A program made the translations under genes and the position numbers. From positions 1-51,295 of the forward strand of contig JAOUMT010000001.1 in assembly GCA_029881355.1 (NCBI GenBank): a stretch of DNA of 51,295 nucleotides, read 5' to 3'. Source of the DNA: Acidimicrobiia bacterium. GTDB taxonomy: Bacteria; Actinomycetota; Acidimicrobiia; Spongiisociales; JAENVV01. Shown one piece after another: positions 1 to 8,255 of the stretch; position 1 is the stretch's first letter; each line of letters opens with the position of its first letter. The notes below the pieces were generated by a model. The model ran no database searches and was not told the DNA's origin. It was given only the letters and a program-made list of their open reading frames with translations.

Positions 1-950
1 AGGAACCTTCTCCCCGGACCCTCCACCACCGCTGGGGAGACCGACACTGGCGCTCCACGCCGTTCCGCTTGGGAAACCGACCCGCACGTATCTCAAGTTG
101 GTTGCTGGTTGAGAAAACGTCCAAATCCGATGTCGTGTGACCGCCGATAAGCCCGACGTGGCCGTCTGGTGGGAACGAACCCCTCTATGGGGACTGGCCT
201 GGCCAGTCCGTCGGCAGAACCGCCCACCGTACTGCAATGTGACCGAAGGTCACGCTACCTCCGAACTACGGTCACAGGAACCTTCTCCCCGGACCCTCCA
301 CCACCGCTGGGGAGACCGACACTGGCGCTCCACGCCGTTCCGCTTGGGAAACCGACCCGCACGTATCTCAAGTTGGTTGCTGGTTGAGAAAACATCCAAA
401 TCCGATGTCGTGTGACCGCCGATAAGCCCAACGTGGCCGTCTGACGAGACCCGGCCCCTCTACGGGGACTGGCCTGGCCAGTCCGTCGGCAGAACCGCCC
501 ACCGTACTGCAATGTGACCGCAGGTCACGCTACCTCCGACCTCCGGGCACAGGAACCTTATCCCGGACCCTCCACTACGTTCCGCTGGGGAGACCGACGC
601 CGCGCCCCACTGTGTCCGGTGGGGATACCGACGAGTGTTTGTTGGTCCTTGGTCGCTGCATCGTTGAGAAAGCGTCCGAATCCTATGTGGCCTGACCCAC
701 AATCCGGGCGTGCCGGTGCTGGGAACACGAGGAGTGGCCATGCCAGTCCCCCCACAGAACGGTGCACCGTTCGGCACGGTGACGAAAGGCAACGCACGAT
801 CCTTCCCGGACCATCCACTTCGTTCCGCTGGGGAGACCGACACTGGCGTTCCACTACGCTCCGCTGGGGAAACCGGTCCAGGAACTGCATAGTTCGTTTG
901 TTGCTGAGTCGTTGAGAAAGCGTCCGAATCTCAGACCGTGACCGGCCCGA
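1..950. repeat. Tandem array of a ~275-nt non-coding unit: unit 1 = 1-275, unit 2 = 276-550, unit 3 = 551-795 (diverged, ~245 nt), unit 4 = 796-~950 (partial)
   Basis: Direct reading: 1-275 and 276-550 align without indels with 14 mismatches (first 118 nt identical). Units 3-4 keep the blocks CCGGACC(C/A)TCCAC, CCGCTGGGGAGACCGAC and GTTGAGAAARCRTCCRAATC. A 275-nt period is not a multiple of 3, and track ORFs here lie in many frames on both strands, so this is not a protein repeat. The array touches the window edge and may continue upstream. Confidence 0.9.
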
Positions 951-1099
951 TGCGAGCCTGCGAGCAGCCATTACAATTTCGCTCGTGAAAACGCGCTATC
1001 TCTTGTTTTGGTCGATCGGCCTGCTCGTAGCAATTCTCGCCGCGTCGGCGATCTGGTTCATTACGGATCCGTTCGGATTCCTCAACGCCACCTAGCCGT

Positions 1100-2713
1100 T
1101 CAGGACCGAACGACGACGGCTCCGTGGGGCTCGATCGTCCAGGAGCCGTCGGCATAGCCATCCCGCAGGTCGCTTGAGACCAGCACCTCGCCCGTGACTG
1201 TTACGGCTACTGATGAAGCTGCAAAGCTGACTGCCACAACCACTCGCTCATCGGCGGCGAGCCGCTCGTACATGAGCACCTCATCGTTGCCTGATTCGAG
1301 CTCGTGATAATCACCAACCGTGAGCGCTTCGGATGATCTGCGGACAGCCAACAGCCGCCGGTAGAGATTCAACACCGAGCCGGGATCAGCTAGCTCGGTC
1401 TCGACGTTTCGATTCTCGAGATCCGGCCCCATCGGCAGCCAGGTGTCGGTCGACGTTGAGAATCCGCCGTCTGGGGTCCATTGCATCGGTGTCCGGCAGC
1501 CATCGCGACTCACCCCTTCAAGGTTCACACCCCACGGATCGAGGCCCAGATCAACGCCCTCGAGCATACCGAGTTCGTCGCCGTAATACATCGTCACGGT
1601 CCCTCGCAGCGTGAGCAACAGGACGGCCAGGCGCCGGATCGAGTCCTCGCCATAGCGTTTGGCCAGACGCGGCTCGTCGTGATTTCCAATCACATAGTTT
1701 GGCCAGGCACCGTCCGGTAGAACGGCCTCCTGGCCGGCAATGGCTGCCCGCAAGGAAGCCGGATCGGTCGCCTGGTTGAGCAGAGCAAAATTGAAGGGCT
1801 GATGCATCTCGTCAAGGTTGGCCCCAAAGTACGAAGCCCATTCTTCAAGGTCGACGATGTGCGCCTCGCCAATCGTGTACCGATCGTCGTACTCATCAAC
1901 CACAGCCCGAAGCCGCTGGTAAAGCGGATGGATGTCTAGGTGAGCTTTCGAGTGAATGTGATTGAGCGTCTCGAACTCCCCCATCGGCTTGAAGTGATCC
2001 GATGGAGCGTCTGGATCGGCCGGAGGATTATCTCGCATCTCCGGGTCCTTGACGATGTAGTGGGCAACGTCGATTCGGAACCCGTCGACGCCCCGGTCCA
2101 ACCAGAACCGAAGCACGTCGAACATGGCAGCCTCGACATCGGGGTTGCGCCAGTTCAAATCCGGCTGTTCCTTGAGGAATGTGTGCAGGTAGTACTGGCC
2201 GGTCGGTTCGTGCCACTCCCACGCCTTGCCGCCGAAAATGCTCAGCCAGTTGTTGGGTTCACTTCCATCTGGCTTGGGGTCTCTCCAGACATACCAATCG
2301 CGTTTGTCATTGTCTCGCGAACTGGCCGACTCGAGAAACCAAGGGTGCTGATCAGACGAGTGATTCGGAACGAAGTCCACGATCACTCGAATGCCTACCG
2401 CGTGAAGATCTGCAACAAGGTGATCGAAGTCCTCGATTGTCCCGTACTCGGGGGCGACATCCACGTAGTCGGAAACGTCGTAGCCGAAGTCTTTTTGCGG
2501 AGACGGATAGAACGGTGAGAGCCAGATCGCATCGATCCCGAGTACGTCTGACAAGTACGGCAGCTTCTGGCGAATGCCCTCCAGGTCGCCGATCCCGTTG
2601 CCAGTCGAATCGGCGAACGACCGGGGATAGATCTGATAAACGACCCCGCGTTCCCACCATTTTCGATCATGCTGCATGGCCCGAAATGGTAGCGCTTCCA
2701 ACTTGAGCCGCAT
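1100..2713 (-). CDS. GH13 alpha-glucosidase / oligo-1,6-glucosidase family protein
   Basis: 537-aa ORF with GH13 conserved regions: WWERGVVYQIYPRSFADSTGNGIGDL, VDFVPNHSS, VDGFRIDVAHYI, TIGEAHI, VIGNHDEPR. The start could be 2713 or the second Met at 2677. Confidence 0.9.
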   Translation of the reverse strand: MRLKLEALPFRAMQHDRKWWERGVVYQIYPRSFADSTGNGIGDLEGIRQKLPYLSDVLGIDAIWLSPFYPSPQKDFGYDVSDYVDVAPEYGTIEDFDHLVADLHAVGIRVIVDFVPNHSSDQHPWFLESASSRDNDKRDWYVWRDPKPDGSEPNNWLSIFGGKAWEWHEPTGQYYLHTFLKEQPDLNWRNPDVEAAMFDVLRFWLDRGVDGFRIDVAHYIVKDPEMRDNPPADPDAPSDHFKPMGEFETLNHIHSKAHLDIHPLYQRLRAVVDEYDDRYTIGEAHIVDLEEWASYFGANLDEMHQPFNFALLNQATDPASLRAAIAGQEAVLPDGAWPNYVIGNHDEPRLAKRYGEDSIRRLAVLLLTLRGTVTMYYGDELGMLEGVDLGLDPWGVNLEGVSRDGCRTPMQWTPDGGFSTSTDTWLPMGPDLENRNVETELADPGSVLNLYRRLLAVRRSSEALTVGDYHELESGNDEVLMYERLAADERVVVAVSFAASSVAVTVTGEVLVSSDLRDGYADGSWTIEPHGAVVVRS

Positions 2714-2798
2714 CCGCTCGGCACTGTGGGCGCCGCAAGGCAGCTGAACACCTTGGGTGAGGCATTCGGCACTTGGGAATCCCTAGTCTGAGGGTCAT

Positions 2799-5700
2799 AT
2801 GAGCAACGACCCCAACATCCTTCGGCCGCCGCTTTGGTATAAGGATGCGGTCATCTATGAGGTTCATGTTCGAGCGTTCGCCGATTCCAACGACGACGGG
2901 ATCGGCGACTTCGGCGGCCTCACCTCTCGACTCGACTATCTGAGCCATCTCGGGGTTGACACGATATGGCTCTTACCGTTCTACCCGTCGCCGTTGCGAG
3001 ACGACGGATATGACATTGCCGAGTATTTCGATGTTCATCCGAGCTACGGGTCGCTCGATGACTTCACGACATTTCTCGGTGCCGCGCATGCCCGAAACAT
3101 GAGGGTCGTTACCGAGCTGGTCGTCAACCACACCTCTGATCAGCACCCATGGTTCCAGAGGGCTCGTCGTGCCGCGCCAGGAACGCCCGAACGCGACTTC
3201 TACGTTTGGAGCGATACGCCGGATCGATTTGAGGAAGTCCGCATCATTTTCTCGGACACCGAAACATCGAATTGGGCATGGGACCCGGTCGCCGGCGCTT
3301 ATTACTGGCACCGTTTCTTCTCCCACCAACCGGACCTCAACTACGACAACCCACTCGTGCGCGAGGCCATCATCGACGTGTTTCGATTCTGGCTCGACCT
3401 TGGGGTCGACGGTCTGCGCCTCGATGCAGTCCCCTATCTGTTTGAGCGGGATGGAACAAACGGAGAAAACCTCCCCGAAACCCACGAGGAGCTGAAACGA
3501 ATCCGGGCTTTCGTTGACGAAAACTACGAAAACCGGATGCTGCTGGCCGAGGCCAACCAATGGCCAGAGGACTCCGCCGCCTACTTCGGTGACGGCGATG
3601 AATGCCACATGGCGTTCCACTTCCCGTTGATGCCCCGCCTCTTCCTGGCGCTTCAGCTAGAGAGCCGCCTCCCCATCATTGACATCCTTGAGCAAACTCC
3701 GGAGATCCCCTACGACGCCCAGTGGGCGATCTTTCTGCGCAACCATGACGAACTAACCCTCGAGATGGTGTCTGAGGAAGAGCGGGACCTCCTGTGGAGG
3801 GCCTACTCCCCGGACCGGCGAGCACGGTTGAACCTGGGTATCAGGAGAAGACTCGCCCCTCTCCTAGAAAATGATCGTCGCCGCATCGAGCTGTTGTTCA
3901 GTCTCCTGCTTTCCCTGCCGGGCACGCCGGTTATCTATTACGGGGACGAAATCGGGATGGGCGACAACGTGTTTCTCGCCGACCGTGACGGGGTCCGGAC
4001 TCCGATGCAGTGGAGCAATGACCGCAATGCCGGCTTTTCGAGAGCCAACGCGCAGTCCCTCTACCTACCAGTCGTCGTCGATCCACAATTCCACTACGAG
4101 ACGGTGAACGTCGAGGCCCAACAGGCCAACCCGAATTCGCTGCTCTCATGGGTACGTCTCATGATCCGGCACCGCCAGCGGCACCCGGTTTTCGGGCGCG
4201 GAAGCATCGAGTTCTTGTCACCCGACAACGATCAGGTGTTGGCCTATCTGCGCGACAGCGAAGACCAGACGTTGCTCGTCGTTGCCAACCTCAGTCGCCA
4301 CTCGCAGTTCGTCGAACTCGATCTCGCCCGATTGGCCGGACAACGCCCGACGGAAATGCTCGGCCGGACCGAGTTTCCGATTATCGCCGAGACGCCCTAC
4401 CCACTTTCGGTGGGACCCTATGGGTTTTATTGGTTCACGATCGCCTCTCCTGACTCGCCGACTCAGGAGAGGCGGGACGCGCTCGAGATCACCGGACCGC
4501 TCGAAGGGGCGATGGCCGGTGAAGGAGCCCTGGCCGACGCGGTTGGCAGATTCATGTCGAACCAGTCCTGGTATCAGGGTCGACCTCCTCGACGGTCGCA
4601 GACGACTGTCGTCGACCTGGTGCCTCTCACCCCCGGCGAGCAAGACGCCGCCTTCTGGGTTGCACTGGTCGCGGTCGGCCACGACTCCGGTTCGCAGGAT
4701 CTGTACGTTCAGACCATCGGCATCTCGTTCGAACCAGATGCCCAACTCCCCGCCTCGGCCATCATCTCGGCAGTACATCGTGACGGAACCGACGGGTTCG
4801 TCTTCGATGGTTTGGCCGATCCGCGTGGACGCACGGTACTCCTCGACCTGGTGCTCGCCGGAGACACCCTGCTTGGCATCGCAGGTTCATTGTCCGGCAA
4901 CCTGGCGCCGACCGCTGCCGATGTCACTTCCGATTCCCCGGTTGATTCGACTGTCCATACCAACGATCGCGGCGAGACCTACATCGATTATGCCAATGGG
5001 CTTACGATCAAACTCTTCCATCGAATCGAACCAGGCACGAACCCGGATCTGGAACTCCGTAGATTCCTCACGGAACGGACGGCTTTTGAGGGGGTCGCCG
5101 ACACCTATGGCGCTCTCGAATACCTGTCCGGCGAAAGCCATACGGTCGGCATCCTCCAGCAATCCTTCACGCAAACTCCGAGCGCCTGGAGTGTGTTCGA
5201 GCAACACTGTCACAGCTGGCTGGCGACCGTACCTGACAGAATGCCACCTGCCGATCCGCCCCCGATATGGAGCCGCTCCGACGACGCCGCCGGATTCTCG
5301 CTCCCGAGCGTCGACCTTCTCCAACCGGCACTGGATCTGGCGACCGAACTCGGCTCGATGACCGCCCGCCTCCACCTGGCGCTCGGGTCTTTCAGCGAGG
5401 ACCCGGACCTCGGTACCGAGCCTTTCACACAGCACTACCAACACTCGTTGTATCAATCGCTGCGAGCTGGAATCCGTCGCGAGTTCCGGGCTATGCGCCG
5501 ACTGAAAACATCCGCCGGTCCGGCAATCGAGGAAGCGATTGACGACCTACTGCGGGCCGAACGTGAATGCCTCGACTGGCTCGACGCAATTAGGAAAAAG
5601 CGGATCAAGGGAGCACGCATTCGGCTTCATGGCGATTACCGACTCGACGAAGTGTTCCTCGTCGATGGGGAATTCGTCATCGAGGACCTCTCGGGCGATC

Positions 5701-6074
5701 ACTCGCGCCCGATGAGCGAGCGACGGCTGCGCGGTTCGGGGCTGGGCGACATAGCTCAGATGTTGCGATCGTTCGAATACGTGGGATCGTCGTGTGCCCT
5801 CGACAGATCGCGGGCGGACCAGGCCTGGTCGGTTTGGTGGTCGCAGCTGGTCGGAAACGCGTTCGTGACCAGATATTTGACCGATCTCGACGGCTCATTG
5901 TTGCTGCCCGACTCATCGGAGGCGATCGACGACCTTCTCAGAGCCTTCTTGATGTCGCGAGCACTTCGCGAACTTCATTGGGAGCTCCAGAATCGCCAGG
6001 AATGGGCAAGTATTCCTCTGGCAGAACTACGCCGGATGCTCGAACAGCGACCGTGGTTTGTCGATCGTGATTGA
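2799..6074 (+). CDS. treS: Trehalose synthase / maltokinase fusion protein (TreS-Mak/Pep2)
   Basis: 1091-aa ORF. The N-terminal ~550 aa carry GH13 TreS motifs (WYKDAVIYEVHVRAFADSNDDGIGDF, VVNHTSDQHPWF, GVDGLRLDAVPYL, LLAEANQWPED, FLRNHDELTLEM). The C-terminal ~480 aa are maltokinase-like (RLHGDYRLDEVFL, VIEDLSGD..RPMSERR, GDIAQMLRSFEY). Confidence 0.9.
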   Translation: MSNDPNILRPPLWYKDAVIYEVHVRAFADSNDDGIGDFGGLTSRLDYLSHLGVDTIWLLPFYPSPLRDDGYDIAEYFDVHPSYGSLDDFTTFLGAAHARNMRVVTELVVNHTSDQHPWFQRARRAAPGTPERDFYVWSDTPDRFEEVRIIFSDTETSNWAWDPVAGAYYWHRFFSHQPDLNYDNPLVREAIIDVFRFWLDLGVDGLRLDAVPYLFERDGTNGENLPETHEELKRIRAFVDENYENRMLLAEANQWPEDSAAYFGDGDECHMAFHFPLMPRLFLALQLESRLPIIDILEQTPEIPYDAQWAIFLRNHDELTLEMVSEEERDLLWRAYSPDRRARLNLGIRRRLAPLLENDRRRIELLFSLLLSLPGTPVIYYGDEIGMGDNVFLADRDGVRTPMQWSNDRNAGFSRANAQSLYLPVVVDPQFHYETVNVEAQQANPNSLLSWVRLMIRHRQRHPVFGRGSIEFLSPDNDQVLAYLRDSEDQTLLVVANLSRHSQFVELDLARLAGQRPTEMLGRTEFPIIAETPYPLSVGPYGFYWFTIASPDSPTQERRDALEITGPLEGAMAGEGALADAVGRFMSNQSWYQGRPPRRSQTTVVDLVPLTPGEQDAAFWVALVAVGHDSGSQDLYVQTIGISFEPDAQLPASAIISAVHRDGTDGFVFDGLADPRGRTVLLDLVLAGDTLLGIAGSLSGNLAPTAADVTSDSPVDSTVHTNDRGETYIDYANGLTIKLFHRIEPGTNPDLELRRFLTERTAFEGVADTYGALEYLSGESHTVGILQQSFTQTPSAWSVFEQHCHSWLATVPDRMPPADPPPIWSRSDDAAGFSLPSVDLLQPALDLATELGSMTARLHLALGSFSEDPDLGTEPFTQHYQHSLYQSLRAGIRREFRAMRRLKTSAGPAIEEAIDDLLRAERECLDWLDAIRKKRIKGARIRLHGDYRLDEVFLVDGEFVIEDLSGDHSRPMSERRLRGSGLGDIAQMLRSFEYVGSSCALDRSRADQAWSVWWSQLVGNAFVTRYLTDLDGSLLLPDSSEAIDDLLRAFLMSRALRELHWELQNRQEWASIPLAELRRMLEQRPWFVDRD

Positions 6075-6084
6075 ACCTGAGCGC

Positions 6085-6828
6085 TTATTCCCCGGTTCGT
6101 AATCGTCGCTCCGACCCGAGTATTTCAAGCGCTTCCGCAACCTGTTTTGGATCGCCCACCCGGTGGGTGGCCCGGGTACCCCCAGGGCCAACTTTCACTC
6201 CTACATCCGGCAAATCCAAGATGGCAAATACGTCCTCGTCCGTCACGTCGTCCCCGAAAAACACGACCCGCTCGAAGTCGTCCCGCTTGCGCATATGGCT
6301 GATGGCGGAACCCTTGTCACCGTGACCGACCATGATCTCGACCACCTTCTTGCCCTCAAGGACGCGAGCGTCGAACCTGGCACCAACGGTCCGGGCGGCG
6401 TCAGCCGCCTGCTCGGGCTGGGCTACGTGGCGGTAGTGGAATGCGGCTCCGAGTGGCTTGGGTTCAACCGTCGCACCCTCGAACTCGTCGGCAATCCCTT
6501 TAAGTTCCTTCGTGATCTCTCTGACGGTTCGAGATGCAACGGGATCATTACCCGACAATCGGACACCGTGATCGCCGATGAGTTCGATGTCCGCGTGCGT
6601 ACCGACAAAACCGAGCAGCGTATCGACAGATCTACCCGAAATGATCACCGATCCGACACCGGCGTATCGCGCCAGATCAGCCAGGGCATCGACAGCCGGG
6701 CCGTACGGAAACGCCGCCGCCGGATCTCCCACAATCGGCGCCAACGTACCGTCATAGTCGCAGGCCACGAGCAGCCGGGAGGCCCGGGCCGCCCCACGCA
6801 GTGCGGCGACGAGCGGAGCGTCGATCAA
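6085..6828 (-). CDS. otsB: Trehalose-6-phosphate phosphatase
   Basis: 247-aa HAD-family ORF with CDYDGTLAPIV (motif I) and FFGDDVTDEDVF (motif IV). Its start overlaps the otsA stop by 4 nt. Confidence 0.85.
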   Translation of the reverse strand: MIDAPLVAALRGAARASRLLVACDYDGTLAPIVGDPAAAFPYGPAVDALADLARYAGVGSVIISGRSVDTLLGFVGTHADIELIGDHGVRLSGNDPVASRTVREITKELKGIADEFEGATVEPKPLGAAFHYRHVAQPEQAADAARTVGARFDARVLEGKKVVEIMVGHGDKGSAISHMRKRDDFERVVFFGDDVTDEDVFAILDLPDVGVKVGPGGTRATHRVGDPKQVAEALEILGSERRLRTGE

Positions 6829-8192
6829 AGGGCGTCCAGACTGGCCAGGCAGTCACGCGCCCAGTCGAATACATCCGCTTTTCGCACGACGTTTCGGAGC
6901 TTCCTCATACGTTGACGCTGCTCGGCTTCGGGCATTTTTGTTGCATATGAGAGGGTCTCCACGACTGCGTTGACATCGTACGGATTCACAATCAAGGCGG
7001 CCCGGAGCTGCTCGGCGGCGCCGGCAAACTCACTAAGGACAAGCACGCCGTCATTGCCGGTTCGGCTGGCCGCGTATTCCTTGGCGACGAGATTCATCCC
7101 ATCGCGTAGAGGAGTCACCAACATCACATCAGCCGCCACGTAATACGCGATGACCTCTTCCAACGGGAGCGTTCGATACAGGTATGACACGGGTGCCCAG
7201 CCTGGTTCCCCATAGGCACCATTGATCCGCCCGACCGCCTGCTCGATGTCGATTCGCAACTGCTGGTAGGCCGGAACCTGTTCGCGGCTCGGAACCGCCA
7301 CCTGGACGAATGCGTACTGGCGCCGATCGGTTGGCGAGCCCTTGAGAAGGCTTTCGAAGGCCTTCAATCGCAGATCAATGCCCTTGGTGTAATCAAGCCG
7401 GTCCATCCCGAGAATGACATGGTCCGGGTCACCCAGCTCCGCGCGGATTTGGGCAGCTCGGACTTGGACGGCCGCCGACCCGGCCAGCTGTTCAAATTCG
7501 GCGGTATCGATGGCGATGGGGGCGGACTGCAAGTGCACCGACCTTCCGTTCCAAACCAAATCACGACGTCCCACTGCTTCGGCGCCGGCCAGTCGGCGCG
7601 CCGCCCGAGCGAAGTTGTCGGCACTTTGTCGAGTTTGGAAAGCGATCACATCGGCATCGAGCAAGCCCTCGATGATCTGACGCCGCCAGGGCAAACGGGC
7701 AAACACCTCGATTGGCGGAAACGGGATATGCAGATAAAAGCCGATCGTGGCGTCCGGAACAATCGCTCGAAGCATGCCCGGCACGAGCTGCAACTGATAG
7801 TCCTGTACCCAGGCGATATCACCCGGACCGACGACACTCGCGGTTGCTTCGGCGTAGCGCTGGTTCACCTCGACGTAAGACCTCCACGTGTGCCGGTGGA
7901 ATTCTGGTGCAACGATGCCGTCGTGGTAGAGCGGCCATAGCGTCCCGTTACAGAACCCGTAGTAGAAGTCGTCGACCTCCGCCTCATCGAGAGTCACCGG
8001 TGTCTGGTCGATGCCGTCGTGGTGGAATGGTGCGGGATTGAACCCGGGAATTCCCGGCCATCCAACCCAGGCACCCTGCGCATTTTGCAGGACCGGTCGA
8101 AGCGCTCGCACCAGTCCCCCAGGACTGATAGACCACTCCTCGCCATCCCAAGCCACCGGGAGCCGATTGGCGACAACAATTATCCGCTTCAG
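6825..8192 (-). CDS. otsA: Alpha,alpha-trehalose-phosphate synthase (GT20)
   Basis: GT20 motifs: IGFYLHIPFPPIEVF, LGMDRLDYTKGI, VTPLRDGMNLVAKEY. The track ORF starts at GTG 8156, but the conserved N-terminal strand (K)RIIVVANRLP is encoded in frame just upstream with no ATG/GTG/TTG. I extend to CTG 8190-8192, which has GAGGGA 5 nt upstream; the 5' end is therefore uncertain. Confidence 0.85.
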   Translation of the reverse strand: MKRIIVVANRLPVAWDGEEWSISPGGLVRALRPVLQNAQGAWVGWPGIPGFNPAPFHHDGIDQTPVTLDEAEVDDFYYGFCNGTLWPLYHDGIVAPEFHRHTWRSYVEVNQRYAEATASVVGPGDIAWVQDYQLQLVPGMLRAIVPDATIGFYLHIPFPPIEVFARLPWRRQIIEGLLDADVIAFQTRQSADNFARAARRLAGAEAVGRRDLVWNGRSVHLQSAPIAIDTAEFEQLAGSAAVQVRAAQIRAELGDPDHVILGMDRLDYTKGIDLRLKAFESLLKGSPTDRRQYAFVQVAVPSREQVPAYQQLRIDIEQAVGRINGAYGEPGWAPVSYLYRTLPLEEVIAYYVAADVMLVTPLRDGMNLVAKEYAASRTGNDGVLVLSEFAGAAEQLRAALIVNPYDVNAVVETLSYATKMPEAEQRQRMRKLRNVVRKADVFDWARDCLASLDAL

Positions 8193-8255
8193 AGGTTCCC
8201 TCTTTGTCCGACCTCGACCGAGACTAGTGCGCCTCGGCGACCCTCACGCCGTTGC

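Noticed and set aside
1-950. CRISPR array or a repeat-protein gene as the explanation for the tandem repeat
   Set aside because: The repeat period is ~275 nt with no alternating unique spacers, and no cas genes are present. The period is not a multiple of 3. The overlapping track ORFs (137-415, 169-387, 255-512, 460-843, 514-915, 558-971) lie in several frames on both strands and have Arg/Pro/Gly-rich translations typical of non-coding high-GC DNA.
8193-8255. Possible terminator hairpin between the sulfotransferase and otsA (CCGAG-N10-CTCGG on the minus strand)
   Set aside because: The stem is only 5-8 bp with a mismatch, the loop is 10 nt and no T-tract follows. That is too weak to call, and the genes may be co-transcribed.
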